From an uncultured Nitrospiraceae bacterium (lineage in GTDB: Bacteria > Nitrospirota > Thermodesulfovibrionia > Thermodesulfovibrionales > UBA6898), in contig CAWEQH010000010.1 of assembly GCA_963811165.1 (NCBI GenBank), positions 192,001-256,000 of the forward strand: a stretch of DNA of 64,000 bases, read 5' to 3'. Below the pieces are notes generated by a model that saw nothing but the letters and a program-made list of their open reading frames with translations, searched no databases and was not told the DNA's origin. The translations under genes and the position numbers were made by a program. Shown here in pieces: positions 28,558 to 38,880 of the stretch (position 1 is its first letter; every line of letters starts with the position of its first letter).

Positions 28558-29832
28558 TTAGAACCTCCAGGTAAGGCCGAATTCGATACTATCTTCGCTG
28601 AGGGTCGATGAAAGGGTAGTGGGAGCCGGAGAAGTTGGTGTTGTCCCGCTTTCAGTGATCGTCTCTTTGAAGGCATGGGTGTAGCCCGCATTGAGGGCGA
28701 ACTTGCTGGAGATCTCATACCCGATTCCGAAGGAGACGTGCTGTTTCGCCAGCGCCGGGAACCCTATGATCCTGAATGTTTCATAATAGTAAGTGGGGAA
28801 GGGTATGCCCTGAACACTAGTGATGGGCGGGGTAGCCGTCCCGTTGAAGCCGACAAAGTTGTCATGCTCTTTTACAGGGTTATTTGCATAATTGTACCCA
28901 ACGCGAAGGGCCAGTTGTTTGGTCGGCTTGTATTGCACGCCGAGGGCCAGGACCCACTGGTCTTTCCAGTCAAAATCGTTGTATCCCGTCGCGCTTGACC
29001 AGTTGATCCAGTTTCCGTCGACTTCGATCAGAAGGGTGTTTTTTATCGGTTCGACCGCAATACCGAGGCCAAAGTGCTGAGGGGCTTCGAGTTTCAGGTC
29101 GAACTGTCCCAAGGGGGCAAAGTTTATTACATTCTTATGATCGACCTCCTGAGGCGTTACATAGGTCACGCCCAGTGTGACCTGGTCTGATGCCTTCAAT
29201 ATCGCGCCCAGCTGAGCGCCGATGCCGTAATTAAAAGAAGACCCGTTTCTCAAATCGAGATTTGCATAGTCGATATGAACACCTAAACCCAGGGACAGGT
29301 TATTGTTGACCTGATACGAGATCGAGGGTGAAAATTTCATGATCTGCAGTTGGGTGTATGCTCCTTGTACCAAAGGAAACGTCCCGCCGCTGCCGGGTAA
29401 AGGGGTATTATCAAGGGCGGTGTTTCTATAGTCTACACCTAGACCCGATACGCCATAGGCAGAAAGGCCGAACCTCCAATTGTTGGCAATAGGCACCGAC
29501 AGGCCTATCGCGGGGATTGCGTAGACCTTCTTGTCACTGCTTGCACTGATGACGCTGCCGTCGGAGGCGGTTATTGTGGCGTCCACCTTGGGCATAAAAA
29601 GCGTGCCGCCGAAGTTTACCTCTGTCCCGGGACAATATGGTCCGAAACACATCGCGGCCGGGTTTGCGAAGACCGCGCTGATGGCGTCCTGAGGCGCCGC
29701 GATTCCCACGCCGCCCATCGAACGGGCAATAGGACCGATGGCCATGAGATTATCGCCGTTTGTGGCCGATGCAAAACCTGAGAAAACAAGGACGAAAAAT
29801 ACTGTAATAAACAGAGAGAAATATCTTTTCAT
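28558..29832 (-). CDS. OmpP1/FadL family outer-membrane transporter
   Basis: Signal peptide, ATNG...MGG...NPA hatch motif, beta-strand pattern, C-terminal Phe. Confidence 0.9.
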   Translation of the reverse strand: MKRYFSLFITVFFVLVFSGFASATNGDNLMAIGPIARSMGGVGIAAPQDAISAVFANPAAMCFGPYCPGTEVNFGGTLFMPKVDATITASDGSVISASSDKKVYAIPAIGLSVPIANNWRFGLSAYGVSGLGVDYRNTALDNTPLPGSGGTFPLVQGAYTQLQIMKFSPSISYQVNNNLSLGLGVHIDYANLDLRNGSSFNYGIGAQLGAILKASDQVTLGVTYVTPQEVDHKNVINFAPLGQFDLKLEAPQHFGLGIAVEPIKNTLLIEVDGNWINWSSATGYNDFDWKDQWVLALGVQYKPTKQLALRVGYNYANNPVKEHDNFVGFNGTATPPITSVQGIPFPTYYYETFRIIGFPALAKQHVSFGIGYEISSKFALNAGYTHAFKETITESGTTPTSPAPTTLSSTLSEDSIEFGLTWRF

Positions 29833-30035
29833 GCAGAATCCTCCTTCTTAGTATTTGATAACACAATATTTAAAACAGAAATGTAACGATCACCTCCTTC
29901 TGTTTGATGATATTGTCTTGGCGCAGCCGGCCGCGACAATCGGCTACCTTAGAAAGGATATAGTATCGTTTATGCGCCGTCAAGTGAGTATCTACAGTTA
30001 TTAAGAAGATTAGAAATCATAAAGTGAGGAAACTC

Positions 30036-30521
30036 TCATATGAACAAGCTTATGTTTGCATCGAGTGCAAAGTCCAGGAACTCTGCCGCCCCTGCGACGA
30101 CCGCTCCGTCGACGAGGTCCTCTTTCTTGACTCCGGTCATCTCGAGCGTCGGGGTGCAGACGATAAGCTTCACATCCATCTCCTTACAGGCATCGACGAG
30201 TTCGGGTATAGAGGGCCAGTTGATCTTTTTGATCATCCCGCCCATCATCATCGTTGCCAGCGAGGTCATCCCCGGGAGCATCCCCAGTATGTTGGGAAAT
30301 GGTATCGGGGAAGGCATGGCCGGATTGCCTATGGGCGATACCTGTAACGACCTGTATTTTTTTTTGTTTACGATATCGACGCCGTAGAGCGTGAAGAATA
30401 TCTGGACCTCCACGTCCATGGCAGCCGCCGTCGAAGCAAGAATAAGCGGCGGATAGGCCATATCAAGCGTTCCTTTGCTGGCGATGATCGCCATCTTCTT
30501 TTTCGTGTTTGTCTCGGGCAT
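30036..30521 (-). CDS. DsrE/DsrF/DrsH-like family protein
   Basis: SKGTLDMAYPPLILA..AAA, FFTLYG, IVCTPT..M, GAA.FL...SLFI; AGGAGG RBS. Confidence 0.88.
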   Translation of the reverse strand: MPETNTKKKMAIIASKGTLDMAYPPLILASTAAAMDVEVQIFFTLYGVDIVNKKKYRSLQVSPIGNPAMPSPIPFPNILGMLPGMTSLATMMMGGMIKKINWPSIPELVDACKEMDVKLIVCTPTLEMTGVKKEDLVDGAVVAGAAEFLDFALDANISLFI

Positions 30522-30697
30522 TGTGGACCTCCTGGATATTAGCAAGTTTAGCAATAATAGAACTTACGAACAATATACATATGGGCTGTTTTTTTGTCAA
30601 TAGTCCGCGCGGACTTTGAGGGAGGCCGGCAGGGGAATTTTTTCCTTTTTTTGTGTTATGGTATACGTATAAAAAAACAAACTGAAGGAGTGATTTG

Positions 30698-31156
30698 ATG
30701 AAAGTGTTTCTCAAGGAAGACGTTAAGAATCTCGGAAAAATAGGCGATGTGGTGAACGTCGCGGAGGGGTACGCAAGAAATTTTCTTTTGCCCAAGAAGG
30801 TCGCGGTGGAAGCCAACCCCAAGAACCTCAAAGAGTTCGAACACAACAAGAGGATCATCCAGGAAAGGGCGGCCAAGATCAAGGATGCGTCAAAGGCCAC
30901 GGCCGACAAGTTATCTGCCCTGACGTTGACGATAAGGGCGAAGGCCGGCGAGGAAGATAGGCTCTTCGGTTCGGTTACGACGATGGATATCGCAGAGGCG
31001 TTTAAGGCCGAGGGATTTGAGGTCGACAAGAAAAAGATCCTGCTCGGAGAACCGATAAAGAGACTGGGAGAGTATACGGTAGAAGTGAAAATCCACTCTG
31101 AGGTGAATGCAACGGTAAAAGTGCAGGTCATATCGGACGCACCCGACTCTCCTTAG
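30698..31156 (+). CDS. rplI: 50S ribosomal protein L9
   Basis: MKVFLKEDV..LG..GDVV.V..GYARNFLLP, LFGSVT. Confidence 0.98.
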   Translation: MKVFLKEDVKNLGKIGDVVNVAEGYARNFLLPKKVAVEANPKNLKEFEHNKRIIQERAAKIKDASKATADKLSALTLTIRAKAGEEDRLFGSVTTMDIAEAFKAEGFEVDKKKILLGEPIKRLGEYTVEVKIHSEVNATVKVQVISDAPDSP

Positions 31157-31165
31157 CGATAACGC

Positions 31166-32539
31166 ATGAAAGAAATCGACTCAACCCTCGATAAACTTCC
31201 TCCTCAGAATGTCGAGGCTGAACAGTCTGTCCTGGGCGCCATTTTACTTGACAACAGCGCCCTGACGACGACTCTCGAACTGCTCGACTATGACGATTTC
31301 TATAAGGATTCTCACCGGAGGATCTTTTTGTCGATGACCGACCTGTTCGACAAGAACGAGCCTATCGACATAATCACCCTGACTGACAACCTCAAGAGAA
31401 GAAACGATCTTGATGCCATAGGAGGGACCGGCTACCTCACGGCCCTCGTTTCGTTGGTGCCGACGTCCGCCAACATCCGCTACCACTCCAAGATAGTCCG
31501 TGAAAAGGCCATGATGAGAGGTCTCCTTCGCTCGGTCACCGAGATAGCCAGTAACGTATATGACGGGGAACTTGACGTCGAAGAGCTTATGGACTTTGCC
31601 GAAAAAACGGTCTTTGAACTTTCGGAAAAGAGGATAAAGGCGTCTTTTATTACGCTCAAAGAGGTCATCAAGGACAGCTTCCAGATGATAGAACAGCTCT
31701 ATGACCGGAAGGAAACGATTACCGGGGTCCCGTCGGGTTTCAAGGAACTCGATGAACTGACGACCGGTTTTCAACGGAGCGACCTTATCATCGTCGGCGG
31801 GAGGCCCTCTATGGGTAAGACGGCCTTCAGTCTAAACATTGCGCAGCATGTCGGCGTAAATATGAAAGAGCCTGTGGCGATATTCAGCCTCGAAATGTCG
31901 AAGGAACAGCTGGCCTTCAGGATGCTCTGTTCCGAGGCCATGGTCGATTCAAACAGCATCAGAAAGGGTTTTATAAAAAAGGACGATTGGCATAACCTTA
32001 CCAGCGCCGCGAGCAAGCTTGCGGAATCTCCGATCTTTATCGACGACACCTCCGGTATGAGCGTACTTGAGATGCGGGCGAAGGCCAGGAGGCTTAAGGC
32101 GGAACACGGCCTGAGCCTGGTAGTTGTGGATTATTTGCAGCTCATGCGCGGCAGAGGGAATGTAGAAAGGCGCGAACAGGAGATATCGGAGATATCTCGC
32201 TCCCTTAAAGGACTGGCAAAGGAGCTTCGCGTGCCGGTCATCGCCCTGAGCCAGCTGAACCGTGGAGTGGAGACAAGGGGCGGCAATAAAAAGCCTACCC
32301 TTGCCGACCTGAGGGAGTCAGGCGCCATAGAACAGGACGCTGACGTGATCATCTTCCTTTACAGGGACGAAGTGTACAATAAAGACAACCCGGACAACAA
32401 GAACAAGGCCGAGATCATCGTTGCAAAACAGAGAAACGGCCCGACCGATTCATTGAGACTGAGTTTCCTCTCACACTGTACCAGGTTCATGGATTACACG
32501 GACCGTGAGTTTCGTGACATAGAGGATGATGCGTTTTGA
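31166..32539 (+). CDS. dnaB: Replicative DNA helicase
   Basis: PPQNVEAEQ, RPSMGKT, FSLEM, DYLQL, DLRESGAIEQDAD, KQRNGP; no intein-sized insertion. Confidence 0.98.
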   Translation: MKEIDSTLDKLPPQNVEAEQSVLGAILLDNSALTTTLELLDYDDFYKDSHRRIFLSMTDLFDKNEPIDIITLTDNLKRRNDLDAIGGTGYLTALVSLVPTSANIRYHSKIVREKAMMRGLLRSVTEIASNVYDGELDVEELMDFAEKTVFELSEKRIKASFITLKEVIKDSFQMIEQLYDRKETITGVPSGFKELDELTTGFQRSDLIIVGGRPSMGKTAFSLNIAQHVGVNMKEPVAIFSLEMSKEQLAFRMLCSEAMVDSNSIRKGFIKKDDWHNLTSAASKLAESPIFIDDTSGMSVLEMRAKARRLKAEHGLSLVVVDYLQLMRGRGNVERREQEISEISRSLKGLAKELRVPVIALSQLNRGVETRGGNKKPTLADLRESGAIEQDADVIIFLYRDEVYNKDNPDNKNKAEIIVAKQRNGPTDSLRLSFLSHCTRFMDYTDREFRDIEDDAF

Positions 32540-32607
32540 TCCTGTGAGGCCGCTCAAGGTCTCCTTAAGGGGTTAAATTTCGTCCGGGAATATCCGAAGG
32601 AGGACCA

Positions 32608-33411
32608 ATGATAAGGAGACCGGCTGTTGCGGGACAATTCTACCACGGCTCGAAAGAAAGGCTTATCGAGCAGGTCGGCAAGTATATCGATCCGCTTTCT
32701 GCCAAGGAAACGGTAACGGGCATAGTTGTGCCCCATGCGGGGTTCATCTACTCGGGACCAGTGGCGGGGGCGGTCTACTCCGCGATTAAATTCCCGGACA
32801 CGTTTGTCCTTCTCGGCCCCAACCATACCGGTCTCGGTCCGGGCATTTCACTGATGGATGACTGCGAATGGGAAATCCCGCTATGCACTTTCGAGGTCGA
32901 CAAGAAACTTGCGGCGAGGATCGCCGTGAATTCACCGCAGGTCGTCAGGGACAGTCAGGCGCATATGTTTGAGCATTCCCTTGAGGTACAGCTGCCTTTT
33001 ATCTCGTATTTTTCCAACACCGTAAAGATAGTCCCGATCTCCCTGCTTTCCGCCTCCTTGTTTGACTGTCTCGAACTGGCCAAAGGTATCGCAAAAGCGA
33101 TCAAGGCTGTCGACTATCCGGTCGTAATTGCCGCCAGCTCGGACATGAGTCATTATCTGCCTGATAAAACAGCGAGACAGAAAGACAAAATGGCAATTGA
33201 CAGGATGCTTGATGTCGATGCGGAGGGACTCTACGAAACTGTCATGAAGGAGAGGATATCGATGTGTGGTGTATTGCCTGCAACCGTGATGCTTGCGGCG
33301 GCCAAGATACTGGGAGCTAATTCAGCGCGCCTCATAAAGTATGCGACCTCGGGAGAGGTGAGCGGGGATTACGACAGCGTCGTCGGATATGCAGGGATTG
33401 TGGTGAGGTAG
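32608..33411 (+). CDS. amrB: AmmeMemoRadiSam system protein B (MEMO1 family)
   Basis: RRPAVAGQFY, PHAGFIYSG, EHSLEVQLPF, SSDMSH, SMCG, VVGYA. Confidence 0.92.
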   Translation: MIRRPAVAGQFYHGSKERLIEQVGKYIDPLSAKETVTGIVVPHAGFIYSGPVAGAVYSAIKFPDTFVLLGPNHTGLGPGISLMDDCEWEIPLCTFEVDKKLAARIAVNSPQVVRDSQAHMFEHSLEVQLPFISYFSNTVKIVPISLLSASLFDCLELAKGIAKAIKAVDYPVVIAASSDMSHYLPDKTARQKDKMAIDRMLDVDAEGLYETVMKERISMCGVLPATVMLAAAKILGANSARLIKYATSGEVSGDYDSVVGYAGIVVR

Positions 33412-33758
33412 AGGACCAAACGGCTTTGACAAACTGTTTTAGAAAAATAAAGTCGGAAACTGGCAAATAGAGTGGGAAACTCATTTGGCTGATAAACTCA
33501 TCTAAGACGTGCACGTGGTCGATAAATGACAGAAAGTTCCTCACAGAAACAAACGCTCGCCGTGACCCTGATTGCGCTCCGAGTTACCATCCGAAATATA
33601 GTCCGCTCAGTGTTTAATACTTCCCGTACAAAACGTATTTAGAGAATTTGTAAGGGTGTGCAGAAAGCAACACGAATAATCATTGCCAATTCCAGGGTAA
33701 ATCGGACTTCGCTGCTATACCCCGCTCCGAAATTGTTAGCTCCTGTTTGTCTCACACG

Positions 33759-33787
33759 TTGACATCAATACGTCCTACATTTAAAAT
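33759..33787 (+). promoter_or_regulatory. Sigma70 promoter of the DHA2 transporter (predicted leaderless)
   Basis: TTGACA-N17-TAAAAT, 6 nt before ATG 33794, no SD. Confidence 0.75.
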
Positions 33788-33793
33788 TCTCAA

Positions 33794-35377
33794 ATGAGCT
33801 ACCGGGAGGCAGATGAAAAAGAAACTCCTCAGGGAGAATGGCGCCCGAGCGTAAACCCGTGGCTCATCACCCTCGCCGTGATGCTCCCCACGTTTATGGA
33901 AGTGCTTGACACCACTATCGTCACGGTGGCTGTCCCGCACATCGCGGGCAGTCTTTCCTCTAGCAACGAAGAGGCTACATGGGTGCTGACAAGCTATTTG
34001 ATCTCTAATGCGGTAATACTTCCGGCAAGCGGATGGCTTGCCCTTTATTTCGGGCGGAAGCGGTTTCTCTTGACCTGTATCGTGCTATTCACCATCTCCT
34101 CGGTCTTCAGCGGGGTAGCCTCGAGCCTTGGGATGTTGATAGCAGCCCGAGTGCTCCAAGGGGTGGGCGGCGGCGCACTTCAGCCAATCTCGCAGGCCAT
34201 CCTGCTTGAGAGCTTCCCGCCTCAAAAACGTGGGATGGCAATGGCGGCGTTCGCCCTAGGGGTGGTCGTCGCACCGATTGTCGGACCTACCCTAGGCGGC
34301 TGGTTAACAGACAATTACTCATGGCGATGGACTTTTTATATAAATATCCCCATTGGGGCGATTGCGATGGTCATGATACAGACATTCATTGAAGACCCTC
34401 CTTATATAAAAGGCCGCAAGCCGAAATACATCGACTGGACCGGTTTCGCACTCATGGCGGTTGCGCTTGCCACCCTTCAAGTGGTCCTCGACAAGGGGCA
34501 GCAGGACAACTGGTTTGAGGCCTCCTGGATAAGATGGTTCACGGCCATAAGTGCGATTGCCCTCGTTGCATTTTTGATCTGGGAACTGCGGGTACGGGAG
34601 CCTATCGTTCACTTGAGGGTGTTCAAAAACCGGAATTTTGCAGTGGGAACATTCCTTATAACCCTGGTGGGATTATCTCTCTACAGCGCGATAACTTTGA
34701 TACCGCTTTTTCTCCAGACCCTTATGGGATACCCGGCATTTAACAGCGGTCTGGCTCTTAGCCCCCGCGGTGTTGGCGCGCTTATAACAACTCCCCTCGT
34801 CGGATATCTTACCGGCAAGGTCGATTTTCGAAAATTGATAGGGCTAGGGTTCTTCCTTGTGGCCATTTCTTTGTGGCTTTTAAGCGACATCAATCTGGAA
34901 ATATCGGTCTGGAACATCGGATTGCCGAATATCTTACAGGGCATTGGGCTTTCGATGTTGTTTATCCCCTTGGCGACAGTCTCAATGGGCACGCTTGAAC
35001 AAAAAGAGATAGGAAACGCAAGCGGGGTTTTCAACCTGATGAGAAACGTGGGCGGAAGCGCCGGTATCTCGCTGATGATAACCTATCTGGCGCGCCACCA
35101 ACAGTCAAACCAGATGGTTCTAGTCTCACGTCTGACTCCGTTGGATTTACCCTACCAGTTCAGGCTCGGAGCCGTTCAGGATTTTTTTATGGCGCGAACG
35201 GGCGTAGCAGATTCGTACAGGAGAGCGCAGCTTTTCATTTACAATTCATTGCAGAAGCAGTCACAACTCCTCGCTTTTATCCAGAGTTTCAGGTTTCTTG
35301 TCATCGTGTGCCTCATCTGCGTAGCCGCTGCTTTCCTATTTAAGAAAGTAGAACGCGCTCGGGTACCGGCCGACTAG
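33794..35377 (+). CDS. DHA2 (EmrB/QacA) family MFS efflux permease
   Basis: FMEVLDTTIV, WVLTSY, GPTLGGW, W.FYINIPIG, many TM segments. Confidence 0.93.
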   Translation: MSYREADEKETPQGEWRPSVNPWLITLAVMLPTFMEVLDTTIVTVAVPHIAGSLSSSNEEATWVLTSYLISNAVILPASGWLALYFGRKRFLLTCIVLFTISSVFSGVASSLGMLIAARVLQGVGGGALQPISQAILLESFPPQKRGMAMAAFALGVVVAPIVGPTLGGWLTDNYSWRWTFYINIPIGAIAMVMIQTFIEDPPYIKGRKPKYIDWTGFALMAVALATLQVVLDKGQQDNWFEASWIRWFTAISAIALVAFLIWELRVREPIVHLRVFKNRNFAVGTFLITLVGLSLYSAITLIPLFLQTLMGYPAFNSGLALSPRGVGALITTPLVGYLTGKVDFRKLIGLGFFLVAISLWLLSDINLEISVWNIGLPNILQGIGLSMLFIPLATVSMGTLEQKEIGNASGVFNLMRNVGGSAGISLMITYLARHQQSNQMVLVSRLTPLDLPYQFRLGAVQDFFMARTGVADSYRRAQLFIYNSLQKQSQLLAFIQSFRFLVIVCLICVAAAFLFKKVERARVPAD

Positions 35378-35933
35378 AAATCCAATCCCTGAATCAACTT
35401 ATTGTGCGCTCCTTATTTTTCAGTGCTACACGTAACCTTGAACGGTAAGATTTCCGCTGACCAAACCTTATGCTGTTGCAAGAAAACGGCAGTGTTGGCT
35501 TCAGGAAGGCATTGAGGGGACCGAGAGTCGTTCAGATCGATTGAACTAACTGATAGGTTTCGCACTGTATTGCGCTGGGAAGAGGGATGCTTAAATGTCA
35601 GACAACTTTTTTCGTTCCTTCCTGTACATCGGAATAGTTTCAGATTGTAAAAACTATTTTATACCATGGTAATTAACGGATTTTGGGAGACAACGAGTTT
35701 CTCCCTTCCTCCCTCCTAAAGTTGGTATTCGTACAGCGTCAGCGGGAAACTGGAATACACCTGCTAATAACCAACAGATCCAAGAAGATGCAACTGAGGA
35801 AGACATCCTATATTGCCTCCTGTCAAGATAAAAAACATCTGGGGAATTTACTTTAAGTATCAATGATCATTTTCCGAGATCTTACAAGAACAATAGTCCG
35901 CCGTACGTCCATCTGGACGATAGTCTTTTTTCC

Positions 35934-36111
35934 TGACGCGCTCTCTCACTTCGAGGGAACCTGATCTCTGATAGTTACGTTTATCCGACGTGTTCCGGAG
36001 TGAGCGAACCGCCCATCATCCCTTATCCAGATTCTCAAGTTCAGTGAGAGGCCCTGTATTGTCTTCACGAGGTCATTCGCCTCAACTTTGTCCCTCGGGC
36101 TCTCTGCGTCA
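35934..36111 (-). ncRNA. Putative IS110 bridge/seek RNA
   Basis: TGACGC/GCGTCA closing stem and two arms; arm 1 internal loop contains GGGACAAAGTT and GAAGACA, matching the two flanks on opposite strands. Confidence 0.75.
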
Positions 36112-37437
36112 AAATCGATTTTTGGAGGCTTCCAGAACAAAAAGGCTTCACAGGAAGCTCTCAGTTAAGTTATTTCGATCCGGCTTATACTGTGGTATCC
36201 TCCACATTGAGATATTTTGGATCAAACAGCTCTTTCTTCTTCATCAAGGTCCATGCGATAACCAGAAGCTTTGCGGCTATCTTTACACGCATCTTCGTGC
36301 CGATTCCCTTTTCTCTCTGCCTACCTCTAAGCTTGTTGGTGTAATAAGTCATGAAATCTTTGTTACTGAATGGAAGCGGTGAGAGCAGCCTGATATAAAG
36401 CATAGCGAAGATCAGCTTTGCCTTGCTTGGAAATAACCGGCGATTGCGCTGTTTGAAGTCTTTCCGCTACGGTTTGCGCAAAGATCGAACCCAGCCATCT
36501 TCAGTACCTGCTTGCCGCTTATAAACCGAAAGGGATCACCTATTGCCCCAAGGACCATTGAAGAGACATCCGGCCCAAAACCGGGGATACTCAACAGGTA
36601 TGGATATTCCGGAAACTGCATGCACAGATCTTCAATCTTACCCTTTACCTCCTTGATCGTCTCTCGCACCTGATGAAGCATCGATACCATCACCTTTGCC
36701 TCAAACAGCACCTCATCGCCTACATGACATCCAATGGACTCAGGGGCTGCCCGCCAGATCGACTGCAGCAGCTTTTGCTGTGCACTATTCGTCCTGCCAG
36801 GGGCAACGCTCCGGCGGAACTCATCGAACTCCATCCCGGCGATCATCGAGGGATCAAGACAGCGCCCCACTACGGCCAGGCTTACCACCGAGCCGAAGTG
36901 TCGATCCATTTCAGGGAAATACTGGGCCAGGAGCTGATTGCGGATGCGCACCTGGAGGCCGTGTTCCTCCTTCGTGAGCCGCCTCTTCAACGCAAGGAGA
37001 TTCCTCAGATCCTGCCTCTTCGGGTCCGGGTACTCATAGTAGAGGAATTTTCCCTGACAGATGAGGTCGGCTACGTTTGCGGAATCCTTGGTGTCGTGTT
37101 TGTCCCATCTGCCATCCAGAAGCGGCCGGTTGTGCTTTACTGCTGCCCCCGCTACCAAAACTACCAGATGCCCGCACTTAATGAGATGCTCTCCCAGAGG
37201 CTTATGGTAATTGGCTGTGGGCTCAAGACCGAAGACCACCTTTGTAAGGTCATGTTGAACCTTAAGCGCTTCTGTCATCGTCAGCAGTTTCTCGAATCCT
37301 TCAATCGTGTTGTCAAAGAACAATCCCTTGTGCAGCGTTTTGCCGGCTGCCGTGCCGAAAAAGGCATTGTGCCTCTCTTTGGCCACGTCGATGCCGACAA
37401 TCAAATACCCCTCGGATCCACGTATCTCGTTCTTGAG

Positions 37438-38762
37438 TGTTGTCAACAAATAGAATTGTCCGGTTATAGAGCACATAAACTGTCCGGTCAGTAGCTATTT
37501 GATATCAGGCAACTTTTTTATTTAGTTTGGAGACCTCCTTCCCCTTGGAATTAAAGGATGCCAGTTTTCTGTGCCCATGGAATATGGCCAGGTTCCGTTT
37601 GGATAGCGATGGACACGGACCTTCACTTTGACGTAGTGAAAGCGGTACTTATCGGCTGGAATCTGAAGGGTCATACCATCGAATTTGACACAGTTGTCAT
37701 TACCGACCGTACGCTCATACTGTTCGCAGAGGATGTCTTGAAGAGGTGTTCCGGCCCAAGGCACGAACATGCTGGCTGACTCCTCTGGGGACACAGCAAA
37801 CTCATCGTTAAAGGCAGGCATATAAACATCACGGATATAGGCATTGGCCTGTTTCATCTCAGTGATGCCGGCAAGTGGCGAGTTCCTTTACAAGCCTCTC
37901 CTGATGGGTACGAAAGGCGCGTTCAGAGCGTCCCCGGGCCTCAGGAGAATAAGCCGGAATCATCTCAATCCCTAACTGCCTCATGGCACGACCAAATTGT
38001 GTCAGATTCTCCTTGTCCACTTTCCCCCCAGCCTCTGGGGTATTCCAGTAGTGGCTGCCGCGATCAGTATAAAGTGAGGCAAATACTCCATGCTTGTCGA
38101 TGACCTCATTGACTCCCTGAAAACTGCTCTGAGTCCCTTCTTCATCGACAAAGAACATCGAGTAATGTTCACTGGTAGCATCATCCATCGTCACGATCAG
38201 ATCCCATAACTTCCCTGGTACCCACTCATGCTTGGAGCCGTCCTGATGCAGCATCATGCCAATATACGGAGCTCGTGGACGCTGTTTCCGGTGAGCTCCT
38301 TTTCGGGAACCCTTGGGCACAAGCCCCTTGCCCTGAAGGGTATTCTTTACCCATGTGTAGCTCCTACTGCCCTCGTGAGCCCGCCGATACCAACTGTAAA
38401 AGTGTTTAACCGTAAATCCCTGATACCGGTGGTTGTATAAATCTGCCAGGGCTATTATCTCATCAACCGGCGCACTGCGGTGTGATATTTGTCCTAAACG
38501 CCTATCTACAAGCCCCTCCATCCCCTGCTCCTCATATCTCACCAGATATCGTCGATACGTGCGATCGCATACTCCAAGCAGCCTTGCCGCCTCCTCCTGC
38601 GTCAATCTCCCCTTTTTCCATCCTTCATATGCTTCCTCAAATCTCATCTTCCGTACCTCCTGTAGTAGTGCTGTCCTTTTCATGAATGGCTCCTCCTTGC
38701 CATCCAATTTTAACCGGACAGTTTATGTGCTACAGATACGGACAGTTTACTTGCTCGCTACA
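37438..38762 (-). mobile_element. IS1202-family (ISNCY) insertion sequence, 1325 bp
   Basis: TGT...ACA ends, shared subterminal AGCACATAAACTGTCCGGT, 16-bp direct repeat GTATCTCGTTCTTGAG at 37422-37437 and 38763-38778. Confidence 0.9.
37505..38683 (-). pseudogene. IS1202/ISNCY DDE transposase with two apparent frameshifts
   Basis: HTH TQEEAARLLG, HQDGS/YTDRGS/GRSER DDE triad; frameshifts near 37877 and 37591. Confidence 0.85.
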
Positions 38763-38820
38763 GTATCTCGTTCTTGAGTTGCCGAAACTCCTGAAGTCTG
38801 ATACCATCTAATTGTTCCAT

Positions 38821-38880
38821 AGAGACCTCCTGTTGATGAATTTTGTTTCTCCATAAACTAATTCTTAACAGGAGGTTTCT
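38821..38880 (-). promoter_or_regulatory. Hairpin covering the IS110 transposase RBS
   Basis: AGAGACCTCCTGTT...AACAGGAGGTTTCT inverted repeat includes the AGGAGG SD of ATG 38820. Confidence 0.7.

Larger units (their letters stand above)
36185..38820 (-). pseudogene. IS110 transposase/recombinase, split by IS insertion and two apparent +1 frameshifts
   Basis: Start MEQLDGIRLQEFRQLKNEI (38820) rejoins RGSEGYLIVGIDVAK across the duplication; EPTANY, KHDTKD, IPGFG, RSGK; frameshifts near 36443 and 36370. Confidence 0.9.

Noticed and set aside
29888..29899. 16S rRNA 3' end remnant (GATCACCTCCTT)
   Set aside because: Flanks do not resemble 16S; better read as an SD-like motif on the minus strand
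30036..30038. Selenocysteine read-through at TGA stops (DsrE-like, YqgE, MBL)
   Set aside because: The stops fall at the normal family C-termini and do not align with conserved Cys positions
33461..33490. c-di-GMP-I riboswitch (GGCAAA...GAAA hairpin)
   Set aside because: Second stem and GCAAA junction consensus are missing, and it lies upstream of the predicted promoter
37400..38800. XerCD/dif-site targeting by the IS1202-family element
   Set aside because: No dif-like site adjacent, and the duplication is 16 bp rather than the short type of the xrs-targeting subgroup
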